In this document: positions 8,839 to 17,936 of the stretch, in pieces
Numbering within the stretch: position 1 is the first letter of the stretch
How the letters are laid out: every line of letters begins with the position of its first letter
Virus record (IMG/VR): IMGVR_UViG_3300025436_000002
Span: 1-64,000 of that record
DNA from: a virus
Length of the DNA stretch: 64,000 nt
Strand: one strand, 5' to 3'
The notes under the pieces: model-generated
Told to the model about the DNA's origin: nothing
Database searches by the model: none
What the model saw: only the letters and a program-made list of their open reading frames with translations
Position numbers and translations under genes: made by a program

Positions 8839-9006
8839 ATGAAAGATGAGAGATGCTCTTGTGATAAGAGTAAGTGTTGTAGATGTGGTAAGGAGTGTGC
8901 TTGCAAGAAGTTAACCTCTCCAGTCGAAAACTCTGGTTCTACTAAGAAAATGAATCTTAAGGATGGACAAGTTATAGAAGGTAGGAATTTTAATTTGAAT
9001 GATTAG
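8839..9006 (+). CDS. 55-aa Cys-rich protein (not in ORF track)
   Basis: AGGAG RBS; MKDERCSCDKSKCCRCGKECACKK... Confidence 0.65.
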   Translation: MKDERCSCDKSKCCRCGKECACKKLTSPVENSGSTKKMNLKDGQVIEGRNFNLND

Positions 9007-9018
9007 GGGTTTTCCATT

Positions 9019-9732
9019 ATGAATGTTATTAGATTAGGAAATGAGCCCGATCTCTTCGATAATGAAGCTTATAGAAAATCAGTGGCTTCCTATAAAAGAT
9101 CGGAAGCCCGAAAGAAGGCTAAGGCAAGTAGAAAAACTGGAGTTACCCCGAAACTTTATGGTAATTATAAAAAATTACAAGATATCTACGAAGCAGGTAA
9201 ATTGTATGATAAAGTATTTTACGATCAGGCAATAGCCTATGTAAAAAGTTTACTTAATAAGTTTTTATGGCAAAACCAGTTCGGGGAAGATAATATAAAT
9301 GATTGTTTTATAGATATATATGAAAAAGTTACTAAGAATTATGATCCCCTTAAAGGAAATCTAGGCACTTTTATAAGAGCCGTAGTAAGAAACTACACTA
9401 CCAAGGTTAACTATAAACTCCAGAACCACCCAGACCCTATCAGTTTAAATTTTGAATACATAGATAGGGAAGAGTTACAGAGGTCATCCTATTCATCTCC
9501 AGACGAGTCCTCAGATGAGGAAGATGAAGACTTAGGTAATGTAGAGGAGTACTGTACTAGCCTTAAATGTGAGAATGAGTTAGATGAAGTAGAGTATTAT
9601 TGTGACCTATTGAATGTATACTCAAATATGAAAGAGCTTAGCAATAAAGATTTTAATAACATACATAAGATAGAAGCAGTGAAGAGGGATTTACTATGGA
9701 ATATATGGAAACAGTCAAGTCAACTACTCTAA
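9019..9732 (+). CDS. Phage sigma-factor-like protein (region 2 only; candidate late sigma)
   Basis: DCFIDIYEKVTKNYDPLKGNLGTFIRAVVRN resembles sigma70 regions 2.2-2.4 and T4 gp55; acidic segment; no evident region 4 HTH. Confidence 0.6.
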   Translation: MNVIRLGNEPDLFDNEAYRKSVASYKRSEARKKAKASRKTGVTPKLYGNYKKLQDIYEAGKLYDKVFYDQAIAYVKSLLNKFLWQNQFGEDNINDCFIDIYEKVTKNYDPLKGNLGTFIRAVVRNYTTKVNYKLQNHPDPISLNFEYIDREELQRSSYSSPDESSDEEDEDLGNVEEYCTSLKCENELDEVEYYCDLLNVYSNMKELSNKDFNNIHKIEAVKRDLLWNIWKQSSQLL

Positions 9733-10043
9733 ATATACCTATAAATAGAAGTACTTGTGTACTATTCTACTTATCAAAATCATTAAATATAGACATATCT
9801 TATTTGTATCAGTTTTATAAAAAATACAAAGAAGATACCTTTTACATATTTTTCATGCTAAGTGGTAAGAAAATAAGTATTCCTAAATCAGACAGACTTT
9901 TAAAATTATTTACGAACGCTGATGACATATATACTAAATTGACCAGAAATCCAGATAAGGTTATAACAAAACAAAAAGATTTGGAGATCTACAAAGCCAT
10001 GTTAGACCAGATCGACGATGACTCATTTACTTTCGAAATATGA
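9696..10043 (+). CDS. Hypothetical protein, possible Mor-like transcription regulator
   Basis: FFMLSGKKISIPK recalls the Mor/C family GG-x-x-x-YIP motif; adjacent to the sigma-like gene. Confidence 0.35.
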   Translation: MEYMETVKSTTLNIPINRSTCVLFYLSKSLNIDISYLYQFYKKYKEDTFYIFFMLSGKKISIPKSDRLLKLFTNADDIYTKLTRNPDKVITKQKDLEIYKAMLDQIDDDSFTFEI

Positions 10044-10087
10044 CCTACTGTTTCTTTATATTATAATTTAGAAGGTTGGGAGGTAAC

Positions 10088-10567
10088 ATGTCAAATGCTC
10101 CAGAAGAAGATGGAAAAATACTTATAAATCAAGTACAAATATCATCTGATAGGAAAAGAAAATTAACTTCCCAGAGTATATCTCCAGATAAGTTCATGGA
10201 TTTGGTAGCTGGGGAGTTTAAACATCTTAAGAAGTGTAATAGGATAATAAAGAAATTAGAGAAACTTGCATTCTCAGATGAATTTATATTCGGACTAGAC
10301 GTAAAAGATTTTTTTAAGTTTTATGAGATAATGTTAAAAGACAAGAATGTATCCTTGTCTTTTTACGCTAAACTTTATGAGTCTGCGACAAAGAATGAAT
10401 TACTTAGAACTTATTTTGAAAAACAAAAAGAAGAAACTCAGGGAGGCATGCCTCAAGATACTAGAATTCGTAGAGTGGTTAACGAAATAAGAGCTAGAGC
10501 TAAAGAAGCCCAGACTCAAATTAAACGAGAAGAAGACGGAGTAAGTGGAGATAATGAGCTATCATGA
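10088..10567 (+). CDS. Probable terminase small subunit
   Basis: Helical protein overlapping the TerL start; late motif at 10055; GGAGG RBS. Confidence 0.5.
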   Translation: MSNAPEEDGKILINQVQISSDRKRKLTSQSISPDKFMDLVAGEFKHLKKCNRIIKKLEKLAFSDEFIFGLDVKDFFKFYEIMLKDKNVSLSFYAKLYESATKNELLRTYFEKQKEETQGGMPQDTRIRRVVNEIRARAKEAQTQIKREEDGVSGDNELS

Positions 10568-13500
10568 TACTCTTGACTATGTAAGCGAAATACTAACAAG
10601 CGACCCTGACCTATCTGTATACGAGATGGGAGAAGTCATCTACGAGTTGACAACTAATTGTTACAAGACCAAGCCCGTGGATATAGAAACTTTTATAAGA
10701 GACCCATACTATTTAGGAAACTCCTTGGGTGATAATATCTATCCCCTGTGGATAGATTTATTAAAACAGATACATCCCCACCCTTGCTTAAATATGTATA
10801 ATGAGATAGCCCTATCCACCGCAATAGGGGTGGGTAAGTGCTTAGGAAAAGGAACTCGTATTTTAATGTTCGACGGCTCTATCAAGAGAGTAGAGAGTGT
10901 TAAAATAGGGGACTTATTAATGGGAGACGACTCCACACCTAGAAGAGTTCTTTCATTAGCCAGAGGTCGAGAGGATATGTACGAAGTCGTCCCTTCTGAT
11001 AATGGGGATTCCTTTACTTGCAATAAATCTCATATTCTTAGTTTAAAAGATAGATATCATGGCAGTATAACCAATATCTCGGTATCAGAGTACTTAGAAA
11101 AAGACGATAACTTTAAAACAGTCAATAAATTGTACAGAAAAGCTGTCCACTATTCAGAAGAGCCCTTAACTATAGGTGCATATACTTACGGTCGTTGGTT
11201 AGGATCGGAATCCTCAGAGGACACTCTTATGTATAATCCAGAAGAGTTTCCAACATCCTATCATATATATAAATCAGTAACATCAGGGGATAGTTCAATA
11301 CCTAAAGAGTACTTAGTCAATTCAGAAGAGAATAGATTGAAACTTTTAGCGGGTATCTTAGATTCCTCAGAATTAGATCTCAGATATCCAGATCAAGATA
11401 TTCTATCAGTTACAGTTAAAAACTTAGTATTAGCAGAAGATATAGTATATTTGAGTAGATCCCTAGGCTTTTCAGCTAAATTGGAAAAGGATACTTATTT
11501 TACATCTACAGGGTACTACGTAGACATATCTGGAGATTTCTCCAGAGTACCCTCAGACTTTAGGATGGACAGTATATCAACTAGAGACGGCCTATTAGAA
11601 ACCGACTTTACATTAAATTTTCTAGGGGAGGGGGATTACTATGGGTTTACTCTGGACTGTAATCATTTATACCTATTAGGAGATTTTACAGTAACTCATA
11701 ACACAACATGTGCTATAATATCTATGGTTTATGAGATGTATAAGCTACTATGCCTTAAAAATCCATATGAATTTTACTCCATAACAAAGGGAACCGATAA
11801 ATTTTCGTTTGCATTAATAGCCCCTACCCATGCTCAAGGGACTTCAGTAGCTTTTGGAAAACTGTTGGGCATGATAAACACTTCTCCATTTTTCAAGGAT
11901 GTAAAAGCAACTCCAAAAGCTAGATCCTCAGTATCTGAGGAGGGAATCCATATAGGAGACAACATAACAGTACATACAGGTTCAAAAATGGACCACTTGA
12001 TAGGAAAATTGACTTTCTGCGGTCTCATGGATGAGGTATCCTTTTTTCAAGGTAAAGATGCCATAGCAAAAGTAAAAGATTTACACATGGGATTTACTGG
12101 AAGAAAGAAATCAAGATTTATACACTTAGGGGAGTTCATACCAGGAGTTCTATGGATGGTAAGTTCCCCAATAGACGAACAAGACTATCTAAATACTGCC
12201 ATAGAAGAGATGCAAAGTAATCAGTATGGTATATATTTCGACAACATAAGTCTGTGGGAAGTCAAGGGGGACTACTTAGGGGATAAATTTAAGGTATTCT
12301 TAGGAGACGATAAAAAAGAACCATGCATTATTCGTGAAGAGGATAAAGTACCTGAGGATATAAAGGCTTTGGCAATAGAAGTACCTATGGAATACTATAG
12401 GGAATTTGATTTAAACATATCCAGAGCTGTAAGGGATATTGCAGGAAGAAGAATAAGAGCTGACATATCCCTATTCAAATCTAAGAAGCAGTTAGTAAGT
12501 CTATTCGTAAACCCTAATAGATTTAAGAGTGATGTCATAAGCATGTCTTTTAATGATCCATTAGATAAGTTAGAAAATTATGTTACAAGCCTAGATTACT
12601 TCAAGAAACCCCTAAATCCACAATGTTATAGATTTATACACTTAGATGCTGCGACAAAAAAGGATAAATTTGGAATATCTGCGGTATACAGTACTCTAGA
12701 AGACTTTGATCTTTATAAAACTGATATAAACATGCCAAGCTTTAAAAGAAAAGAAAGAATGTTTTATGTTGATTTTGCAGTAGCTATAGAAGCCCGTAAA
12801 GGGGAAGAGATTAACATATACAAAGTAATGGACTTTATATTTTTATTAAAGAAGTTAGGATACCCTATAAAGGTAGTAAGCTCAGATATGTTCCAAGGAG
12901 ATGTAATGAGACAATTCTTAAGATTGCACGGAACTACTACAGCATATTTATCAGTAGATAGAACTAAAGATCCATATTACGCTTTAAAAGAGTTGGTAAA
13001 TAATAATAAAATAATTGGAGTTAAAAATGAGTTTCTAATAAAAGAACTTTTGGGTCTTAGAGAGCTCACTAAAAAAGTAGATCACCTCGCAAACAGCTGT
13101 TTCACGGGAGATACTCAAATAAAACTATTAGATGGAACCTCGAAGAGTTTTAAAGAGTTATCTGATTTAGGAACTTCTAATGAGTTTTGGGTATATGGAT
13201 GCCTGCCTGATGGAACTATCGTTCCAGCCAAGGCATATAACGCTCATAAGACAAAAGAAGTCTCCTGTCTAGTAGAAGTCTGCCTAGATGATGAGAGAGA
13301 TCCTATAAGATGCACCCCTGAGCATTTATTTATGATGAGGGATGGATCTTATAAACAAGCTCAATACTTAGAACCTAAGGATTCTCTAATGCCTATATAC
13401 ATTAAAGAGCAAAATTACAAATATAGGAGTGGAGGCGTAGGTAGGTATTTTCAAATTAAGAATAATAAAACAGGAAGATACAATTTTATCCATAGATTAG

Positions 13501-14525
13501 TAGCATCCTATCACTATCAGCATACCTTAGCTAAGGACGAAGTAGTACATCATAGGAATTTCAAACCAAGTGATAATTCTCCAGAAAATTTAGAAATAAT
13601 GAGCATATCAGATCACACTAGAAGACATGCCTTTCTGAGTGGACTAGGGAGACTCCACACGGATAAGAGAGTAGCTTCTTTTAAAAAGAACTATTGGGCT
13701 AATCCAGATAACTCAAAGAGGAGAGATGACAGACTTAAAATTAAATTGGATAGGCAAGAGTACATGAAAACTGATAAATATAGACAAGACATTTTAAATA
13801 TGAGATTAACTAATGAAAATATCATAGCTAGGAATAAGATTGCAGGTAAAAAACTAAATGAAATATACTGGAAAAGTAGTGAAGGGAAAGCTAGAAAAGC
13901 AGAAGTTTGGGAATATCAACAACAGACGATGAGAGATGGTCAGAAAGAATATTTTGACGAACTAGCTAAACAGAGAAAAGAGCCATGGAAAGAGTATATC
14001 CTTAGCTATCAACATGCTATGCATGTTGCAGGAGGTTATGTAAAATCGTGGGCTAAGAGAATAGACTCGAGTACCTTTCAAATAAACTCAGAAAAACTTA
14101 GAGGCATGCCCTTAGAAGAAATACTTAGGGTTACTGGTCTTTCTCCTAAAAAGTTAACTAACTACTTAGTAAGGTTGGGTAAGTTAGACATACTTCCAGA
14201 GTATAATCATAAAGTAGTCAGAGTATCCGTAATAGAACTAGACGTAACCGAAGATGTCTACGATATAACTGTCCCATCCACGAATAATTTTGCGTTGGAT
14301 AATGGAATATTTGTACACAATTCAAAAGATTTAAGTGACTCGGTTACGGGAGGTGTTTGGTCTTGCTTAAATTCTTGTGAGTACATGAATCTTCAGAATG
14401 TTTATGAAGGAATAGTAAGTAAAAATGAAGGTCCTCCTCAGATACAAGGACATATAGGAAATTTGATGAAAGAAGCTCAAAATAAACAAAAGAGAGAAGG
14501 TTTTAATAAGACTTTAGGCTTCTAA
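10545..14525 (+). CDS. terL: Terminase large subunit with two inteins (about 630 aa after splicing)
   Basis: Walker A TAIGVGK|TT, Walker B GLMDE, RNase H-like FIHLD and SKDLSD; directly upstream of portal. Confidence 0.9.
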   Translation: MEIMSYHDTLDYVSEILTSDPDLSVYEMGEVIYELTTNCYKTKPVDIETFIRDPYYLGNSLGDNIYPLWIDLLKQIHPHPCLNMYNEIALSTAIGVGKCLGKGTRILMFDGSIKRVESVKIGDLLMGDDSTPRRVLSLARGREDMYEVVPSDNGDSFTCNKSHILSLKDRYHGSITNISVSEYLEKDDNFKTVNKLYRKAVHYSEEPLTIGAYTYGRWLGSESSEDTLMYNPEEFPTSYHIYKSVTSGDSSIPKEYLVNSEENRLKLLAGILDSSELDLRYPDQDILSVTVKNLVLAEDIVYLSRSLGFSAKLEKDTYFTSTGYYVDISGDFSRVPSDFRMDSISTRDGLLETDFTLNFLGEGDYYGFTLDCNHLYLLGDFTVTHNTTCAIISMVYEMYKLLCLKNPYEFYSITKGTDKFSFALIAPTHAQGTSVAFGKLLGMINTSPFFKDVKATPKARSSVSEEGIHIGDNITVHTGSKMDHLIGKLTFCGLMDEVSFFQGKDAIAKVKDLHMGFTGRKKSRFIHLGEFIPGVLWMVSSPIDEQDYLNTAIEEMQSNQYGIYFDNISLWEVKGDYLGDKFKVFLGDDKKEPCIIREEDKVPEDIKALAIEVPMEYYREFDLNISRAVRDIAGRRIRADISLFKSKKQLVSLFVNPNRFKSDVISMSFNDPLDKLENYVTSLDYFKKPLNPQCYRFIHLDAATKKDKFGISAVYSTLEDFDLYKTDINMPSFKRKERMFYVDFAVAIEARKGEEINIYKVMDFIFLLKKLGYPIKVVSSDMFQGDVMRQFLRLHGTTTAYLSVDRTKDPYYALKELVNNNKIIGVKNEFLIKELLGLRELTKKVDHLANSCFTGDTQIKLLDGTSKSFKELSDLGTSNEFWVYGCLPDGTIVPAKAYNAHKTKEVSCLVEVCLDDERDPIRCTPEHLFMMRDGSYKQAQYLEPKDSLMPIYIKEQNYKYRSGGVGRYFQIKNNKTGRYNFIHRLVASYHYQHTLAKDEVVHHRNFKPSDNSPENLEIMSISDHTRRHAFLSGLGRLHTDKRVASFKKNYWANPDNSKRRDDRLKIKLDRQEYMKTDKYRQDILNMRLTNENIIARNKIAGKKLNEIYWKSSEGKARKAEVWEYQQQTMRDGQKEYFDELAKQRKEPWKEYILSYQHAMHVAGGYVKSWAKRIDSSTFQINSEKLRGMPLEEILRVTGLSPKKLTNYLVRLGKLDILPEYNHKVVRVSVIELDVTEDVYDITVPSTNNFALDNGIFVHNSKDLSDSVTGGVWSCLNSCEYMNLQNVYEGIVSKNEGPPQIQGHIGNLMKEAQNKQKREGFNKTLGF
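10839..11702 (+). mobile_element. Intein 1 (288 aa, degenerate LAGLIDADG type) in TerL Walker A
   Basis: Starts CLGKGT, ends VTHN, +1 residue Thr; LLAGILDS block. Confidence 0.9.
13098..14321 (+). mobile_element. Intein 2 (408 aa, HNH type) in the TerL nuclease domain
   Basis: Starts CFTGDT, TPEH block B, ends FVHN, +1 residue Ser; HRLVA...VHHRN...DNSPENL HNH motif. Confidence 0.9.
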
Positions 14526-14562
14526 ATTTATATTATATACGAGGGTATATGGAGGATAATGT

Positions 14563-16338
14563 ATGAGTTTTACTGGCGGAGGTTTCGACTCTAGTTTAAA
14601 TCAAGCTGGATATAATAACACCATGTCATTTTTTAAAGGAATGACGTCACACTACGACATCCCTGCAGATAGTACTAAAGTTTTTGATATAACAAATGCT
14701 TATGGTACTGGGGGAGGGTGGGGGAGTAATGGCAGTACTTTTTCAAGACAGAATGCTTTAGGTCAAATTTTAAGACAATTATCTACTACTTTAGAGAATA
14801 GAGGAACCCTAATCCAACAGTTAAGAAAAACTAACGAGAGTGAACTTGTTCAAGCTCTCTTAGCTAATTTAGTTAATGACGCTTTTAGTAGCATATCTGA
14901 TGATAGCTTCCTATCTGTAGAGTATTGTGGAGACTCTGGAAAAGATTCAAGAATAGATGAAAGAGTTCAGAAAGAAATAGATAAATTTTGCAAGAAACAT
15001 GACATAGCTGGACTCGCAAGAGATATAGTACCTGATTGGATGCTAGAAGGAGAATATTTTTTAAGGACTAAGGTGGTACAAGGTCAAGGAATTGTTGAAA
15101 TAATAGATGATTGTGATACTGAGAACTGTATGGGACTTTATAAAGGCAGGGAACTCAGTAGTTTCATGAGACATAACCCTAAAATCGGTAAATTTGAATT
15201 ATTGGACTGTCATGAGTTATCTCACTTCGTATTAGATGGTAGTAAGATAAGAGTTAAAGTAGAACTTCCAGACGATATTCAGAATTTACCTAAGAGTATT
15301 CGAATGGGTAAGTCTGTAATATACCCAGTACTTACTTCAATTAAAAAATTACAAACATTGGAGACTACAAGTCTTGCCATGGAACTCAAGAGAGTTATGG
15401 CTCCAATTTTAGTCTCCGTTGATATACCAGCGGATACAGATAACCAATATATTACAGATATTATAGATAAGTATGAAAACTATTTGAATGATATAAATAC
15501 AGAAGCAACTTATACCGACAATATGTCAGTAGCCGACTCACTGCAATCAGCTTCAAGGATAAAAGTAATCCCAAATCATGCTGACGGTAAAGGAGCTATC
15601 ACCCAGATAAGGTTTGATTATGATAATTCAGACTTGAATAATAGAATAAATGATATACGAAAAGGAATAGCCATGTCTATGGGAGTTCCTTCGTTCTATT
15701 TATCGTACGGAGATCAACTTTTAGGAAAAACTGACATGTTAAAAGTTTATTCCGCATATGCTAGAAAATTAGTAGGAATTCAAACTAGCTTTGGGGAAGG
15801 AATTAAGAATTTAATATACAAACATTTAATACATACTGGAAATCACTTCCCTATTAAGAACAATATTAAAGTTAAGTTTAAGTCTGTTACAAACCTAGAT
15901 ATACTAGATGATATAGATGTAATGGTAGCCACAATGACAGCTCTAAGGGATTGTTTTAACCTACTAGGGGAAGTATCTGCATCCGATCAATTCCAAGTAG
16001 AAGTGGATAATGATAAGATAATAGGTATCTTTAACATGTTTACGTCATCATTCCCTCACATAGAAGGAGCTTTAAAACTTTATAATAAGGATAAAGGAAA
16101 ATCATTTAACATGCCTAAGGGGGGAGAAGCACCCCCTCCGACCACAACAAGAAAACCAGTAGGAGGAACTTCAGTATCGGGAAGTAATTTATCAACTGGG
16201 TCAGCAACTCCACCGTCAACCCCTCCTATGACTACACCTAAACAACCTACAACACCAGTAACTCCACAAACACCTACTCAACCAGCAGCAACAGCCCCAA
16301 AAGGAGGGGCTGAGGTAAGTATTGGGGACGTATTCTAG
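14563..16338 (+). CDS. Portal protein (T4 gp20-like) with Pro/Thr-rich C-terminal tail
   Basis: Position between TerL and core genes; WMLEGEYF, GKSVI, AMSMGVPSFYL patterns. Confidence 0.8.
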   Translation: MSFTGGGFDSSLNQAGYNNTMSFFKGMTSHYDIPADSTKVFDITNAYGTGGGWGSNGSTFSRQNALGQILRQLSTTLENRGTLIQQLRKTNESELVQALLANLVNDAFSSISDDSFLSVEYCGDSGKDSRIDERVQKEIDKFCKKHDIAGLARDIVPDWMLEGEYFLRTKVVQGQGIVEIIDDCDTENCMGLYKGRELSSFMRHNPKIGKFELLDCHELSHFVLDGSKIRVKVELPDDIQNLPKSIRMGKSVIYPVLTSIKKLQTLETTSLAMELKRVMAPILVSVDIPADTDNQYITDIIDKYENYLNDINTEATYTDNMSVADSLQSASRIKVIPNHADGKGAITQIRFDYDNSDLNNRINDIRKGIAMSMGVPSFYLSYGDQLLGKTDMLKVYSAYARKLVGIQTSFGEGIKNLIYKHLIHTGNHFPIKNNIKVKFKSVTNLDILDDIDVMVATMTALRDCFNLLGEVSASDQFQVEVDNDKIIGIFNMFTSSFPHIEGALKLYNKDKGKSFNMPKGGEAPPPTTTRKPVGGTSVSGSNLSTGSATPPSTPPMTTPKQPTTPVTPQTPTQPAATAPKGGAEVSIGDVF

Positions 16339-16363
16339 TAAATAAATCTTAGGAACTGAGGTA

Positions 16364-16408
16364 CCGCCAACTATTATACCTCGAGTGGTAAACTATTGGT
16401 CAATTTAA
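16364..16408 (+). repeat. Orphan copy of the last 15 codons of gene 2979-3791
   Basis: 41/45 nt identical to 3747-3791; all four differences synonymous (PPTIIPRVVNYWSI*). Confidence 0.9.
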
Positions 16409-16433
16409 TTTAGAGTTACTTCAAAAGAGTTAA

Positions 16434-16475
16434 AGGATAGCTTATTCTTTCAAAAATGATAGAGTAAGCTATCCC
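16434..16475 (+). terminator. Long hairpin after portal (terminator or processing stem)
   Basis: GGATAGCTTATTCT...AGAGTAAGCTATCC. Confidence 0.6.
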
Positions 16476-16550
16476 TATGTTTATATTATAATTAGAGATT
16501 TTATTCATAACTATAAGTTAGCATACATTATAAATTTGGAGAGGTTAAAC

Positions 16551-17225
16551 ATGGACAACAAGAGATTATTAGAAGAACTTAGAGCATCTGTTGGAAATTA
16601 CAAACCCGAGAAGTCTAAAAAAGAAGAAAAACTTGATATCGAAGACGTAGTAGAAGATGAAGATAGATACAAAGAAGACGATGAAGACTTAGACGACTAC
16701 GCAGACTCGGATAATGAGGATACAGAAGAGTATGAAGACGAAGATGAGGAAGGCATTGACCTTGACGGTGACGGAGAAGCTGATGACATACATGGTCTAC
16801 ATGTATTAAAATCTAATTTTAACGCTGTGGACGAAGAAACTCAAAACTCTATCGCAGGCTTTCTAAAAATGGTAGTTGAGAATGAAATAGACTTAGATAC
16901 TTTGTCTCAATTCGTAGAAGATTTAGACTATGGCGACGAAGACGAGTACGAAGAGGGTGAAGACGAGTACGAAGAGGGTGAAGACGAGTATAGAGAGGAC
17001 AATGAGTCTGAAGAAGGCGAAGAGTCTGAAGAAGAGTACGAAGATAATTATGAAGACGAAGACCAAAATGAATCTGTCATGGATGACTTCTTAAATGTAG
17101 GCTCGGCTATTATGGAAAACGCATACAATTCCAAGTATAACCTCCACGACAAAGAAGAGTTTAGTAGCATGCATGAGTCAAGATTAGACTTTCTCGATGT
17201 AGGGATGAGTGATCTTTTAGATTAG
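16551..17225 (+). CDS. Highly acidic prohead core protein (gp67-like)
   Basis: D/E-rich, between portal and protease; GAGG RBS; 21-bp tandem repeat near 16938-16990. Confidence 0.6.
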   Translation: MDNKRLLEELRASVGNYKPEKSKKEEKLDIEDVVEDEDRYKEDDEDLDDYADSDNEDTEEYEDEDEEGIDLDGDGEADDIHGLHVLKSNFNAVDEETQNSIAGFLKMVVENEIDLDTLSQFVEDLDYGDEDEYEEGEDEYEEGEDEYREDNESEEGEESEEEYEDNYEDEDQNESVMDDFLNVGSAIMENAYNSKYNLHDKEEFSSMHESRLDFLDVGMSDLLD

Positions 17226-17234
17226 GTAGTTATA

Positions 17235-17933
17235 ATGATTAAAAATATAAAAAGGTTGATGGAATATCTTGTCAGTGAAGGCGGAGGGGTAGCTCTAGAG
17301 CTAGTAGCTGATAGACATATCGAGAAGAAAAGATATTCCGAAGACGATGAGGATGACGAAGAAAATCTGGAAGAAAAACTTTTTGATAAAAATGTAAGAG
17401 GTGGAAAGGTAGTTACCACTAGAAATACGGATTATAAAGACCTCAGACATCAAGTTAAAGACCCTAAAAGAGATGCTAATCTAATAAAAGCTAGGGTTCA
17501 CTCAAGGACTCCGAGTGCTAATCTTAAAAGAAGACAATCTATGAGAGTTAGAGACTTAAAAATAGTTGAAAGATTAGATACTGGAGACATAGATATAGAG
17601 AGTGACTTTGTAGGACTTGCACTGAATCATCATAGATATGAACTCAGAAAGACAACCCCATTTGGTTGGGAGATAATACCTAATGATGAAAAGGGCACAA
17701 TAACAATTAAGATAGTAGTAGACAAAAAAGCATTAGGTGAAGATAAGGACATAGAACAATTAGTATTATCAACATTAAAAGATAACGAAGCTTTCAAGGA
17801 GTTTGTGGATGATTTAAAAAGTTTAGAACCTCACAATACCCGAGTTTTAAATCTTTACAAACTATCCTCATGGAGAGTGAAAGAAACTTCACACTTAGTA
17901 ACCTACATTAAAGTAATCAGATTCGGAGTATAA
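17235..17933 (+). CDS. Prohead core protein (gp68-like) with C-terminal extension
   Basis: VRGGKVV...ANLKRRQSMRVR basic motif; synteny. Confidence 0.6.
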   Translation: MIKNIKRLMEYLVSEGGGVALELVADRHIEKKRYSEDDEDDEENLEEKLFDKNVRGGKVVTTRNTDYKDLRHQVKDPKRDANLIKARVHSRTPSANLKRRQSMRVRDLKIVERLDTGDIDIESDFVGLALNHHRYELRKTTPFGWEIIPNDEKGTITIKIVVDKKALGEDKDIEQLVLSTLKDNEAFKEFVDDLKSLEPHNTRVLNLYKLSSWRVKETSHLVTYIKVIRFGV

Positions 17934-17936
17934 ACA

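Noticed and set aside
16315-16360. GTAAGT...AG looks like a 46-nt spliceosomal intron
   Set aside because: All expression signals are bacterial; the match largely follows from the CTGAGGTA repeat
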